DNA of 64,000 bases, taken from Mobula hypostoma (Eukaryota). The notes beneath the pieces were generated by a model. The model did not search any database and was not told the DNA's origin. It saw only the letters and a list, made by a program, of their open reading frames with translations. Shown piece after piece: positions 1-11,074 of the stretch. The translations under genes were made by a program, and so were the position numbers. Where the stretch lies: NCBI RefSeq assembly GCF_963921235.1, contig NC_086097.1, forward strand, positions 134,356,001-134,420,000, in the 5' to 3' direction. Position 1 is the first letter of the stretch, and every line of letters begins with the position of its first letter.

Positions 1-3000
1 CAGAGCCTTCCAATATTCAGTGATTTTCATTGAAATACCAACCCTCCCCTGCATTCTTCTGAACTCCCATGAATACAGTCCAGAGCCATCAAACACTCAT
101 TATCCATTAACCTTTACAATCCTGCAGTCATTCTTGTGAGCCTTCTCCAAACCCTCTCCCATACTAGCACACCTTTTCTTAGATATGGGGCACTAAATTT
201 GTCGCAACATGCCAAATACGGTCTTAACAATGCCTTATTAAGCCTCAGCATCATATCCTTATGTAAATGTAAGTAGGAGTCCACGTTACATTCCTCCTGT
301 CTGTAAAGGATCTTTTGTTCCAAATCTCTGCTTTCTATGTGTTAATGAGTTTTCAATCCATGCTAACACACTTCCTCCAAGACCCGTCAATTTTCCCTGT
401 CAAATTGAGAAAATTTGTGAAACATGATTTACCTTTCAAAAAACCATGATGACTCTGATTGTATGTAGCTTTCTTAAATGATTAATTACCTCCTGTTCCA
501 TTATTGACTTGAGTGCCTTGCCAACAACAGATGATAAGCTTACTGGCCTATATTTATCCAACTTCTGTCTTCCTTTTTGGACACAGGAGTCATGATCCAA
601 TTTTCTTGCACAAATCTTCATGTATTTTTCTGGATTTCAGTGAGTTTTGAAAACAAAACAATGAATCCACTATCTCTGCAACCATATTCTTTAAAACCCC
701 TGGATGGAGGCCATCGTATCCCGGTGATTCATCTACCTTTGAACCCTTGTGATTGAGACTTTTGCAGGTTCATCCCTGTTATTTGAAATTAGCCCATTTG
801 TTATATTTCCAGTGACTTTCATAGTAAAAACCGATGCAAAAAATAGTTTAATATATCAGTAATTTATTTTTGTCTTCTGCTATTAATTCATCAGTCTCAT
901 TCGCTAGGAGTCCCACACCAACTTTCCCTCCTTCTTATTATTTATATCCATAGAAACTCTTACAGCTTGTTTTTATTAGATTTAAATTTCCTCTCAAAAT
1001 TAATATTCTCTTCTTAAGAGCTGTTTAGTCTTTCATTGCTAGATCCTAAAAGGTTCCCACTCCTCTGGCCTACCACCAGTCCTTGCCACTTTGTCTGCGC
1101 AGTTTTTCAATGTAAACGTCAACGTCCTTTGTTAACCACAGGTTGTGTTTCTTTCCCATGGAATTCCTCTTACTATTTGGAATAAATTCCTGCCTAGTGT
1201 GATGGATCAGCTATTTGAATATCAACCACTGTTAATCTATTAACCTGTCTCATAATTTATTTTCCCATTCCACCTCAGACAACTTATACCATTATAATTG
1301 CTGTAACTTAAGTTGTAGTCAGTGATTTTGGTCCTGTGGTGTTCAACCTCAAAGTGCACCCAGAATTCTATCTGATTGTGGTCACTACTTCCCCTGGGAT
1401 CTCGAACCACAAGGTCTCTTATTAATCCTTCCTTGTTATTCATGACCAAATCCACAATATATGTTCTCAGCTAAGTTCCATAACTTACTGTTTTAAGAAG
1501 CATTGCTTGATACATCCCACAAACTCTTCTTCTACAATACCTTTGCCAGTTTGGTTTGTCCAATCCATATGAAGATTAAAATCTTCCATGACAATTGTAA
1601 TTCATGTTCTAGGTAGTCCCTCATATATGTCATCCTGTTGAGATATCATGGTTTGTCGGCTTATACATGGCTCACCTCTTTGTCTTCCTTTTCCTGCTAT
1701 TCATGACTCCAACCCTAAAACCATTCTTCATTACTATTCATTGCCTCTATATCATGACTCAACTCCATTCTGATACTTCCCTTGATTAACAACACTAACC
1801 TGCCTCTTTTCACTTTTCACCTGTTCTTTTGGAACATTGGATAACCTAAATTATTGAACACCTAGTCCTAGTTACCTTGTCACTGGGTCTCTGTACCTCT
1901 ATTAATCACACTCTTATTTTACCATCTGTGCTGCCAACTCATCTACCTTATTGTAATACTACATGCATTTTAATAAAGACCATTCAGATTTGATTTTTAT
2001 ATAGCTCTTGCTAACTCCCAATTATTTCAGTGCTGTAGATTTTTGTTTACATTTCCTGCCCCATTTAGTCACACTTTGACAATATCCCCATCACTACTCT
2101 CTGCCACCACTCTCTCATTTCCTCCTGAGTTATTAAACAGCCCGTTCACGAAGACTTCCTTCCTCCTAGTCAGTTGTCTATAACAATAATTTTCAGATTA
2201 GCCGGAATGCTAGCCCCAGCACAGTTCAGGTGAACCCCTTCCCAATGGAATAGCTCTCTCCGTCCCTTGTATTGATGCCAATGTCCCATAAATTGGATCC
2301 CATTTCTACCACGTTTCACTTTGAGCCACACATTTACTTTTCTAATTAGCTAATTTGCACAAGACCTAGGTATTAATCTGGAGATAATCACTCTTGTAGT
2401 TTTGCCTAGACCACTTTATATTCCCTCATCGGAATCTCTTTTCTAGTCCTATCTATGTCAACTGTGTCTATATGGAGAATGAGCATTGGATCCTCCACCA
2501 TCACACCCCCACTTCACGTCTTTCTCTTGGCCAGAAGATAAATCCTTGACCATCATACCAGACAGGCAATGCAGCCTTTGGCTATCCACCTTTGTGAGAG
2601 AAAACACCATCTGTTGTCCCTCGAACTATGCGGTCTCCTTGAAAAATCACATTTCTCTTTTTTTCCTCCCCCCCCCCCCCCCCACCACCACTGTCACTTG
2701 AATGTCTCCCTGTACTATGGTGTTGTGGACAGTTTGCACATCCTCCTCACAGTCTTCACTCTCATCCACACAGGAAGTAGGATCCTTATACCTGTTGGAC
2801 AAGGGGAGGAGCTGAAGCTCCTGCTGAACTACCCTCATGATTGTTAAACGTCTTTCTTCTGCAGTCACACTATCCTGCCCCTAACTATTCAGCAGTTTAC
2901 AGATAATTAATTTAAAACCTTATACCTGTTGGACAAGGGTAAAACTGGGGCCCTTCCACAACCATCCTCAGGATCCTTCTACTTCTCTCTTCTGCAAGCT

Positions 3001-3230
3001 CGCTGTCCTGACTTTGACCATTTGCCAATTTACAGAGGGTCTCTGAGGTGTGACAATCTCCTGGAATCTCATGTCCAGGTGATTCTCTTCCCTGATCTGT
3101 CAGAGTTTGGAGCTAGGACTTCAGCTTATTGATGAGCCAGTAGTTTCTTGAGCAATCACCATTTGCTGCATATGTGGTCACTGTTAACCACAAAGGGGTT
3201 CACTCATCCCCATGTTGCATGCCCAGCCAT
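1..3230 (-). mobile_element. Old, heavily decayed CR1 LINE (ORF1 and ORF2 remnants), running off the left edge
   Basis: Minus-strand fragments RPYLACCDKFSAPYLRK...ERVWRRLTRM (114-323), YRPVSLSSVVGK (436-621) and DLVMNNKEGLIRDLVVRDPRGSSDHN (APE end, 1240-1455). Esterase-like ORF1 remnants lie at about 2200-2600. Confidence 0.75.
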
Positions 3231-3429
3231 CTGTTCTCATTAATTAGTTGTATCTATTAGCTTAATTAATTTGTATTAGACCTCACCATTTTAAACGTGC
3301 AGAACTTACACTAAATTTCCCTGATTTGAAACACTTAAGAAATCAGAAAACATAAGATGAATACCCAACAATCACTTCCCTGTAGTCCTGTGGCCTCACA
3401 CACAAGCATCCACAATCAGGAAGAGATAG

Positions 3430-3530
3430 TACTCCTTCCGGAATATCTGCCCAAATTTGTTACTTGAGTCCCTGGAGTGGAGTTTGAACGCACAACCTTT
3501 CGTCACAGAGCAGAGAGAACTACCACTGAA
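3430..3530 (-). mobile_element. tRNA-derived Deu-SINE (SacSINE1-like) head fragment
   Basis: Minus strand reads tcagtggtagttctctc...gcgttcaaactccactccagggactcaag, a tRNA-like A/B-box head. Family assignment is from recalled consensus. Confidence 0.45.
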
Positions 3531-3598
3531 ATAGTAATTTATAAACTGGCTATTGTAGCCCATTAACTCTTTAAAAGCAGTGACAAAAAAAACCCAGA

Positions 3599-3757
3599 CT
3601 GCTTGAGGAATTCAACTGGTCAGGCAACATCTGTACAAATGATATTTTAGGTTGAGATCCTTGAGTAGTTGTCCATTTCTCTCTACAGATACTGCCTAAC
3701 TTGCTAAGTTCCTCCAGCAGTTTGCTTTTTTGGCTCCAGATGCCAGCATCTGCTTTG
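3599..3757. mobile_element. Penelope-derived inverted-repeat (hairpin) mini-element
   Basis: ctgcttgaggaattcaactggtcaggcaacatctgta is followed by its approximate reverse complement tacagatactgcctaacttgctaagttcctccagcag. Confidence 0.55.
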
Positions 3758-4021
3758 CTTTCAATCTCCTCTAGAAAACATGCTCTAAATGCCAGTCTTT
3801 TATATGCACACACTGAGCAACTCAAAGCTGCAGAGCAAAGTGCCATTAGTTTCCAATGAAAACGCTCATTGATCTCACCACAGAGACATTGTGACACACT
3901 CACTAGAATATTAACCCTATGTGGCAGCAGCTTACATGTTTATTAACAGCAACTAGACTTCCACTCTCTTGGTGAAGATTTTAAACTACAAATATCTTCC
4001 TGCTTCATAGATATATTTAAT

Positions 4022-5690
4022 CCTTCCTTCCTTCCTTGTGCCCTTAACTCCTGCTGGAGTCCTTGGGGCACCGTCATGACAAGCTTTGCACCAGTCTGTT
4101 CCATCTGTCACAGTTGTGTGCCAGAGACTGGGTCATTGCAAATGTTTTCCCTGTCCATTCTTTAATGTTGTCCATCCATCTTTTCCTCTGTCTACCTCTC
4201 CTTCTTTCCCCCTCCACAGTTCCTTGTAGAATGGTCTTTGCAAGGCCACTGGATCTTGTTACGTGGCCGTACCATCTCAGCTTTCTTTTCTTCACCATTG
4301 TAAGAAGGTCTTCATGGGGGCCAACGTGGTGCTGGATGGCCTTGTGGACCTGCTCGTTTGTGATGTGGTCCAAGTAGGAGATGCCCAAAATGTTGTGATA
4401 GCATCTCATTTCCAATGCCTGTATCTTCCTCTGTAGCTCTGCTGTGAGGGTCCATGTCTCACATGTGTACAGGAAGATGGAGAATACCAATGCATGCAGG
4501 AGTCTGATCTTGTACTTTATGGTAATGTTGCTGTCCCTCCACATTGTCTTGAGTTTGGATAGTGCAGTCATTGTCTGTGTGGTTCTTGCCAGGACCTATG
4601 GTCTTGATCCTTCATCACTGATGATTGCCCCCAGGTATTTGAACTGCTGCACCGTCTCAAGTTTCTGACTACGGACTGAGATGTCTGTTGTGATGGCGCC
4701 ATTGACATTTGCCATGAGCTTGGTTTTCTCAGCACTTATTTCCATTCCAAACTTTGTGGAGGCTCTGTCAAGATGGCTGACCAGGTGGGCCAGTTCGTCC
4801 TCTTGTCCTGCAAGTCCATCAATGTCGTCAGCAAATCTTAGGTTTGTGATGTTCCTCCCTCCGATGCTGACTGTGCCCACATGATCTTCAAGTAAACACT
4901 CATGATTCGTTCCAGGAAGACATTGAAGAAAGTGGGGGAGAGGAGGCAGCCCTGACAGACTCCTACAGAAGTATGGAACCACTCCCCGATAGTGCCCTGA
5001 GCGAGCACTGCACTGGTTGCTTTGGCGTAAAGCCGGTGGATTGTATGAATCAGCTTATGCCCCATGTTGAATTTCCTCATGGTGGCCCATAAGGCATCAT
5101 GCCAGACTCTGTCAAACGCCTTCTTGAAGTCTATGAAGACATGGTAGAACTCTCTCTGGTGCTGGAGGTGTTTCTCACAGAGGGTGCAGAGGTTGAAGAT
5201 CTGCTCAGTGGTGCTTTTGCCCTTACAGAAGCCTGCTTGTTCCTCGACAATAATGTCTTCTGCCTGAGGTCTTAGTCTGTTCAAGATGATTCTGAGCATT
5301 ACCTTGCTTACATGGCTGATCAAACTGATGGCACGGTAATTCACAGTGTGCTTGAGGAGAATCAACAAGCCAAAAAACAGCCGGCTGAGATTCGACCTTG
5401 AAAAACTGAAAGACCCCGCCACCTCTGAAGAATTTCAGGTAGCAAATGGGGGGAAGTTTGCACCAATACTCCTCTTTGATGAAGACCTGGAGACCACCAT
5501 AAATAACTTTAACACAGTGATGACGGAAACAGCAAGCAAGATTCTGGGGAAAAGCCACCGCAGGTCTAAACCATGGGTCACTAACAAGATACTGGATATG
5601 TGTGATACAAGAAGGAAATTAAAGAAAGATAAAAACACAGCAGAGGGAAGAACAGAATACAGGAAAATCAACAAGGAAATCAGAAGGGAA
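4022..5690 (-). mobile_element. RTE-clade LINE, 5'-truncated, with inverted 5' segment (5347-5690 on +)
   Basis: RT motifs NYRAISLISHVSKVML, EEQAGF, FIDFKKAFDRV, GVCQGCLLSP and LRFADD; C-terminus KTILQGTVEGERRRGRQRKRW; (GGAA)n tail at 4022. Flanked by atatatttaat (4011-4021) and atgtatttaat (5691-5701). Confidence 0.9.
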
Positions 5691-6059
5691 ATGTATTTAA
5701 TAGGAGGTCAGATAAATATGCCAATGACCGAAGGTCACACTAAAGGAGTTAGATGAAAATGGTGGGAAGTGAAAACACAAGCAAGGATCAGGAGGACCAA
5801 ATGGGCTATTTCCAAACTGTAATGTTGCTGGATTGTAAAAGAAACAAAGGTAGACTTAAGTGTCTGCAGAGGTTTTTAAACATATTTAGACATCAAAAAT
5901 ACTTTAGATCCACTATAATATCTATGAAATCTTACCACTACCATAATGCAGATAACACTATAACACAGCAAGCTCCAACAAACACAGCAAAATGAAAACA
6001 ACCAAATACATTTTTAACAATATTAACAGAATACTATATTTCAGCTATAGCACTGGAGA

Positions 6060-6250
6060 TAACTCATCTTTATTCAAAATAATGCTTTAAGATTTTATCC
6101 CATCCACTCAAGAGAGTAAGTAGGGCCAGTGTAACAATTCATTCAAAAGACAACACCTCCAGGTATGCAACATTCCCTCAGAACTGCATCAGAGCATCAA
6201 CTTCGATCTTTATGCTCAAGTCTCTTGTCTGGGACGTGAACTGACAGCAT
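6060..6250 (-). mobile_element. Deu-SINE (SacSINE1-like) fragment
   Basis: cattccctcagaactgca...tatgctcaagtctc is the reverse complement of the motif seen in the + copy near 32630. Confidence 0.4.
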
Positions 6251-6432
6251 GGCAAATATGTAACTATCTTTCAAAGTCAATGCAGTATCTCCCTGTTAGG
6301 CAGCTCAAGATGTTCCAAAGCTACTTTTTGCTCGGAACTTTGACAGGGGACAGATATGAACAGTTGACTTGATGACAACAGTAAATATCACTGCAAACCC
6401 ACAGCAACTCAGTGAATCATAGCAAAACGTAA

Positions 6433-6585
6433 ACACAAGAGATCCTGCAGATGCTGGAAATCCAGAGCAACACACAAAAAATGTTGGAGGAACTCAGCAG
6501 GTTAGGCAGCATCAATGGCTATTTATTCATTTCCATAGATGCTACCTGACCTGCTGAGTCCCTCCAGCACTTTGTGCATGTTGCT
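6433..6585. mobile_element. Penelope-derived inverted-repeat mini-element
   Basis: tggaggaactcagcaggttaggcagcatc...gatgctacctgacctgctgagtccctcca forms a long hairpin. The same sequence is found at the end of the GIY-YIG element near 55400. Confidence 0.65.
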
Positions 6586-6665
6586 CCGATTCACAGCAAA
6601 ATATAGAGAGGAAGCTACTGTCAAAACATGATAGAGAGAATGTCAGAATCTGAGCGGGTAAATAT

Positions 6666-6837
6666 CAACAAATAAAGTCAAAGGCTGTTAAGCTATCAGT
6701 GAAGAGTTACTGGTAGCGCAAATGTTCTCTTGTTGCTTATTTAACTGTGAGGCTCCATCTTTGGAGCTGATTGTATTAACAAGGCAGGAAATCTGAGTTT
6801 TGCAAACAGAGTGCTTCTATATTGAATTACAGGTAAC
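6666..6837 (+). repeat. Left copy of ~172-bp direct repeat flanking the HERO-like element (putative long TSD)
   Basis: Aligns to 10902-11074 with 13 substitutions and one 1-nt indel by manual count. Confidence 0.92.
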
Positions 6838-6906
6838 TTGCATCATGCCCTGGGATGCTCTCTACAGTTACCTGATGAAGTGACCATAGCCTTGGCCAAG
6901 ATCAGA

Positions 6907-6976
6907 TTGTCAGGTGGTGCCCAACCTTCGTAGAGTGTTTTGACCCTTTACCACTACACTGTCTAGTTGGTGGGTC
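6907..6976 (-). ncRNA. Candidate hammerhead-like pseudoknotted RNA in the HERO 3' UTR (core degenerate in this copy)
   Basis: Four helices: gaccc/gggtc, ccaact/ggttgg, agtgt/acact and gtggt/accac. A GTA triplet, cAAAAC (~GAAAC) and CTGACAA (~CUGANGA) sit in hammerhead register. Confidence 0.45.
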
Positions 6977-8273
6977 AACAGTGGTGGCCAAGTCACTGCC
7001 CATCTACTCCTGACTCCCAGCTCAACTCCTCTCGCCTGCTCCATATCCAGCAAAAGGCTCTTTCTGCTTCCTCCACAATCCTTTGAGCTGCTTGGTTCTT
7101 GCTCTTATCATTAAGACCCAGCGCAGACAGCAACCTCCATGCCAAACTTGCTGGGAACACTGTAAGGCTGATCTCCACAGGGAAAAACCACGTCTGCAAT
7201 CCTTTGTCCTTGCACCCCAGGACTAAGGACTGGTAATTCAGGGCCTACCTCTCCTGAGCCTCCTTGCATCCTTCATCCCATGGTACTGTGAGCTTCACCA
7301 GGATGATTTTCTTGCTTTTGGTGGTCCACAGTACAATGTCTAGTCAAAGTGTGCTTCCCACATCGACCCTCATCTCCCATGATTTCTCAGTTTGCTGCAG
7401 GTTGGATTCAGGCCTCTTTGATATGACTGGTGTGGCCCTCTGCTTGATGAAAATGACTATCCTGTCTGCCAGTTAGTTCATTTTCACTCCTCTCCCACTT
7501 CAGTGTGTCAGCAAGGGATAGCTGGACCTTGTCGTGGCACCACCTATACCATCCTTGTGTTAAAGCTGTTTTACATTCTGACAGTGTGTGTGCCAGCAAA
7601 CCCCAATGACCAAAAAGCTTACAGTTAGGGTCTTCTCTTAGCCCCCATGTGTGCAGCTGTGATGGTGTACGGAGAGTGTCATACATGGACCACAGGAGGA
7701 GAGAAATCCAGAAGGGCTCCAATCTCCAAAGCTCTGCCCAAGTGATCTTACGCTTGGGAAGATCCCATTTTGTCTAGCCACCCTGTGACCCCAACTCCAT
7801 TGCCTTCAATACCCACCTTTCATTCTCACGGTTCCATACCTCTGCCTGGACCATGTCACGCCTACCACTTGCACTTGCACTCCCCCATCGTTGAAAGTGT
7901 GCTGAACTAAGGCCTTGTCGTCCCAGGCGTGAGTTGTCAATGATGTCTCTCAGTTGCAGGGAGCTCACTGCCTGATCAATGGCCGAGCTGGCGGCCCACT
8001 TTCATCTGATCTTGTTGTGATTCCTGCTTGGTTTATTGGCTTGTCATTGGAGCCCCAGTGTTAAGACAACTCTACACTTTGCCACCTTGAACTCCTCCAC
8101 TACTGATAACAATGGGAGCTGTAGCTGGTCTGATCTTATGTAGAGGCTCACTGAAGAAAAACTTGGGGGGATCCCCAGCCACCCCCACAGGTGCTTGTTA
8201 ACTTTCCTCAATGCCTTCTACAGTGGTCATACAGAACTCATACACCGTGAAAAGCCAGAGCAGCCTTGGTAGT

Positions 8274-8822
8274 AAAACACACAAAATGCTGGAGGAACTC
8301 CACAGGCCAGGCAGTATCTATGGGAGTACAGTCGACATTTCAGGCTGAGACAGGTGTGGGGAGGGGAGGGAGAAACACAAGGTGATAGGTAAAACCAGAA
8401 GGGGGAGAGGGAGAGGTGAAGTAATGAGCTGGGAAGTTGATTGAAGAAAGAGGATCAGGGCTGGAGAAGGGGAAATCTAATAGGAGAGGACAGGAGGCCA
8501 TGGAAGAAAGAAAGGGGAGGAAGAGCTCCCAGAGGGAGGTGATGGGCAGGCAAGGAGATAAAAGGGGTGGGGGAATTGGGGGGGGGGGCATTACCGGAAG
8601 TTCGAGAAATCAGTGTTTATGCCATCAGGTTGGAGGCTACCCAGACAAATATAAGGTGTTGTTCCTTCAGCCTGAGTGTGGCCTCATTGCAAAAGTAGAG
8701 GAGGCCATGGATAGACATATCGGAATGGGAATGGGAAGTGGAATTAAAATGGATGGTCCTCCAGCATATTGTGTGCATTGCTTAGCTTTCTAGCATCTGC
8801 AGATTTTCTCTTGTTTGTGATT
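8274..8822 (-). mobile_element. Penelope-like 3' fragment with inverted terminal repeat, nested in the HERO RT/thumb region
   Basis: Reverse-complement match to 54960-55425. Flanked by gcagccttggt (8260-8270) and gcagacttggt (8823-8833). Host reading TWLYQHG|LPRLLW resumes across it. Confidence 0.75.
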
Positions 8823-10654
8823 GCAGACTTGGTTGACCATGTTGGTACAGCCATGTCTTAAATTTATCAGGAAGTCCAGTTTCGTCGGTCTTCTTCAGCC
8901 ATTCTTTGGTCTGCTTTAGTGTCAGAGATGTTGGTGCTGTCTGTCGTTGCTGCATTAAACCACTTTCTAAGACACTACTGGGTTGTCCTCTATGAATGGA
9001 ATGACTTCTCCCTGTACTTGAAGACTGAACTTGCTACTAAACTTGCCCTTTTACATCACCATGCATCTGGACTTCCTAGCCTTGAAGGTCATCCTAGCCC
9101 ATATAGCTACGTTGTCCAGGGTTTCCAATACCTATCTTGCTTGGACATAGGTTACAGTGGTTACTGTGATGTCATCCACAACCCCCACCACCGACTATTG
9201 CAGGCTGTCTAATGCTGGGCTTCAACACTGGGCCTCATGTTACGTCTGCTGCTGCTGATATGAGAAGGTTCATACCCATGACAAACAAGATGAGGGAGAT
9301 GGTGCCGCCGGCTGGAATCCTTTTCTGGAGGTCTTGCCACCTGGTTGTAAAGTGGGCTGAAGTGATGTGTAGCTTGAATCCTCTTAGGTAGCTGGTGATC
9401 ATGTCTCGTGTTACTGGTAGGATATAGTAGTGGATGAGGACATGTGGAATTGATCTGCAGGCACTGGCTAGGTCTAACCAGACAATTACTAGTTCATCTT
9501 TCTTCTGCTTGGCCTTGCGGATCAATTGGCTGATTACTGAGGTGTGTTCAAGGCACCCAGAAAAACTCGGAATGTCACCTTTCTGGATGGATGTGTTGAT
9601 ATAGTGGTACTCCATTAAGTGCCTTCTCGCAAACACCGAGAAGAATATCTTGCACACCATGCTAGGGAGGGAGATTGTCCTAAACTGGGTGATTGTAGAG
9701 GAATCTTCTTCCTTGAGAACAAAGCATCCTTCAGCTATTTTCCAGCTTGGTGGGATACCTAGAGCCTTTAGTCCAAATCTTCCTCATTATCTTCCACAAC
9801 CTCCGGAGGAGTTTTGAGCATTTCTCACATACCTTTTGGTCCTGGGGTGCGGATAACTTTGCTCTCTTGAAGATATCCTAGACCTTCTGCCACGTTCAAC
9901 TCAGTTTCTGGGATTTGGAGGACTGTTGGAATTGAATTCTAGTCCCTGATTCCGATGGGGATCACTGTCTGATTCCCACAGAAATTCTTCCACCTCCTGC
10001 TTTGAGCTGGTTAGGGTGTCAGACTTTTGCTGGCTGAGAAGAGCCTTGGTGAACCTGAATCGGTTTTTAACAAACTGCATTCTCCTCTCTTTCTCCCTTC
10101 TTCGCACAGCTGTCCCACAATTTGCTGGTCAGATCTTCAATACCTGCTTTTTCATCAGGCGAACTGCTTTTGAATTGTTTGTTCAGGGTCTTACCTTGCT
10201 TCTCAGCTGGTGAATCTCCCTTTCTTTCCTATTTGGTTGCTATGATGGTTTAAGATTCCCTTTCTTCTCCATTGGGCCGAATCGCTCTAGCAAAGTTGAA
10301 CACAACGGCTGTGAGGGAGTTGATTTATCTGTAGACAGGTCCTGCCAGGGTAGCTTCGAAGATCCAATCCAGGTCATCATCAAACTGCCGCCAAGATACA
10401 TTGTCCAATCCTCTCTTTCCTTGAAGAATGGAATAGGGTGTCAGAAGAGGCTCTTGGTCTCTTCTTTGGCACTGGGGCAGCTCAGGTGCGGAGAGATCTT
10501 CAGTTCTGTGGGGTGCTTCCTGGCTGGGGTTCTCCATTGTCTCACCAGATGTTGAATCCACGTGTTGCACCTGAATTGCCTTCATTCCACAGTTGGACCT
10601 GCTATGGTGTATCTTGAGGCCTTTGATGTTTTCACAGATTTTGCCGCAATGGCA

Positions 10655-10841
10655 TAAGAACATAAGAAATAGGAGCAGGAGTAGGCCATCTGGCTCGTCA
10701 AGCCTGTTCCATCATTCAATAAGATCATGGCTGATCTAGCCATGGAGTCATCATCTCCACCTATCTGCCTCTCCCCATAACCCTTCGTTCCCCTACTATG
10801 TAAAAATCTATCCAACCTTGTCTTAAATATATTTACTGAAC
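10655..10841 (-). mobile_element. CR1 3'-end fragment nested in the HERO zinc finger
   Basis: taagaacataagaaataggagcaggagtaggcc is the CR1 tail, as at 19078. TSD atggca at 10649-10654 and 10842-10847. Confidence 0.85.
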
Positions 10842-10901
10842 ATGGCACTTTGCAATGAATGCCTCCCCAGTCACTGTTGTTTGCTTGAGCCTTCTCGTTA
10901 C

Positions 10902-11074
10902 CAATAAATAAAGTCAAAGGCTGTTAAGTTTTCAATGAAGAGCTACTGGCAGCACTGAATGTTCTCTTGTTGCTTATTTATCTGTGAGGCTTCATCTTTG
11001 GAGCTGATTGTATTAACAAGGCAGGAAATCTGGGTTTTGTAAACAGAGCGCTTCTATATTGAATTACAGGTAAC
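10902..11074 (+). repeat. Right copy of ~172-bp direct repeat
   Basis: Matches 6666-6837; both copies end in ...gaattacaggtaac. Confidence 0.92.

Larger units (their letters stand above)
6838..10901 (-). mobile_element. Decayed HERO/NeSL-type non-LTR retrotransposon (N-terminal zinc finger, RT, CCHC knuckle, restriction-like endonuclease)
   Basis: N-terminal CHCGKICENIKGLKIH; RT QKGDIPSFSGCLEHTSVISQLI...VWLDLASA..SIPH and VDD at about 9170; knuckle region CKLFG..LAHTLSECKTALTQGWYRWCHDKV; RLE region LDIVLW..KKIILVKLTVPW (about 7280-7345); C-terminus FFPVEISLTVF...EEAERAFCWIW. Many stops and frameshifts. Confidence 0.85.

Noticed and set aside
2785..2939. 21-bp direct repeat cttatacctgttggacaaggg
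   Set aside because: Local duplication inside decayed CR1 ORF1, with no sign of function.
6830..6874. 8-bp inverted repeat (caggtaac / gttacctg) across the HERO 3' junction
   Set aside because: Too short to distinguish from chance, and the orientation does not fit primer-template pairing.
6666..11074. LTR retrotransposon interpretation of the 172-bp direct repeats
   Set aside because: No TG...CA termini, and the interior is an RLE-type non-LTR ORF with no gag or integrase.
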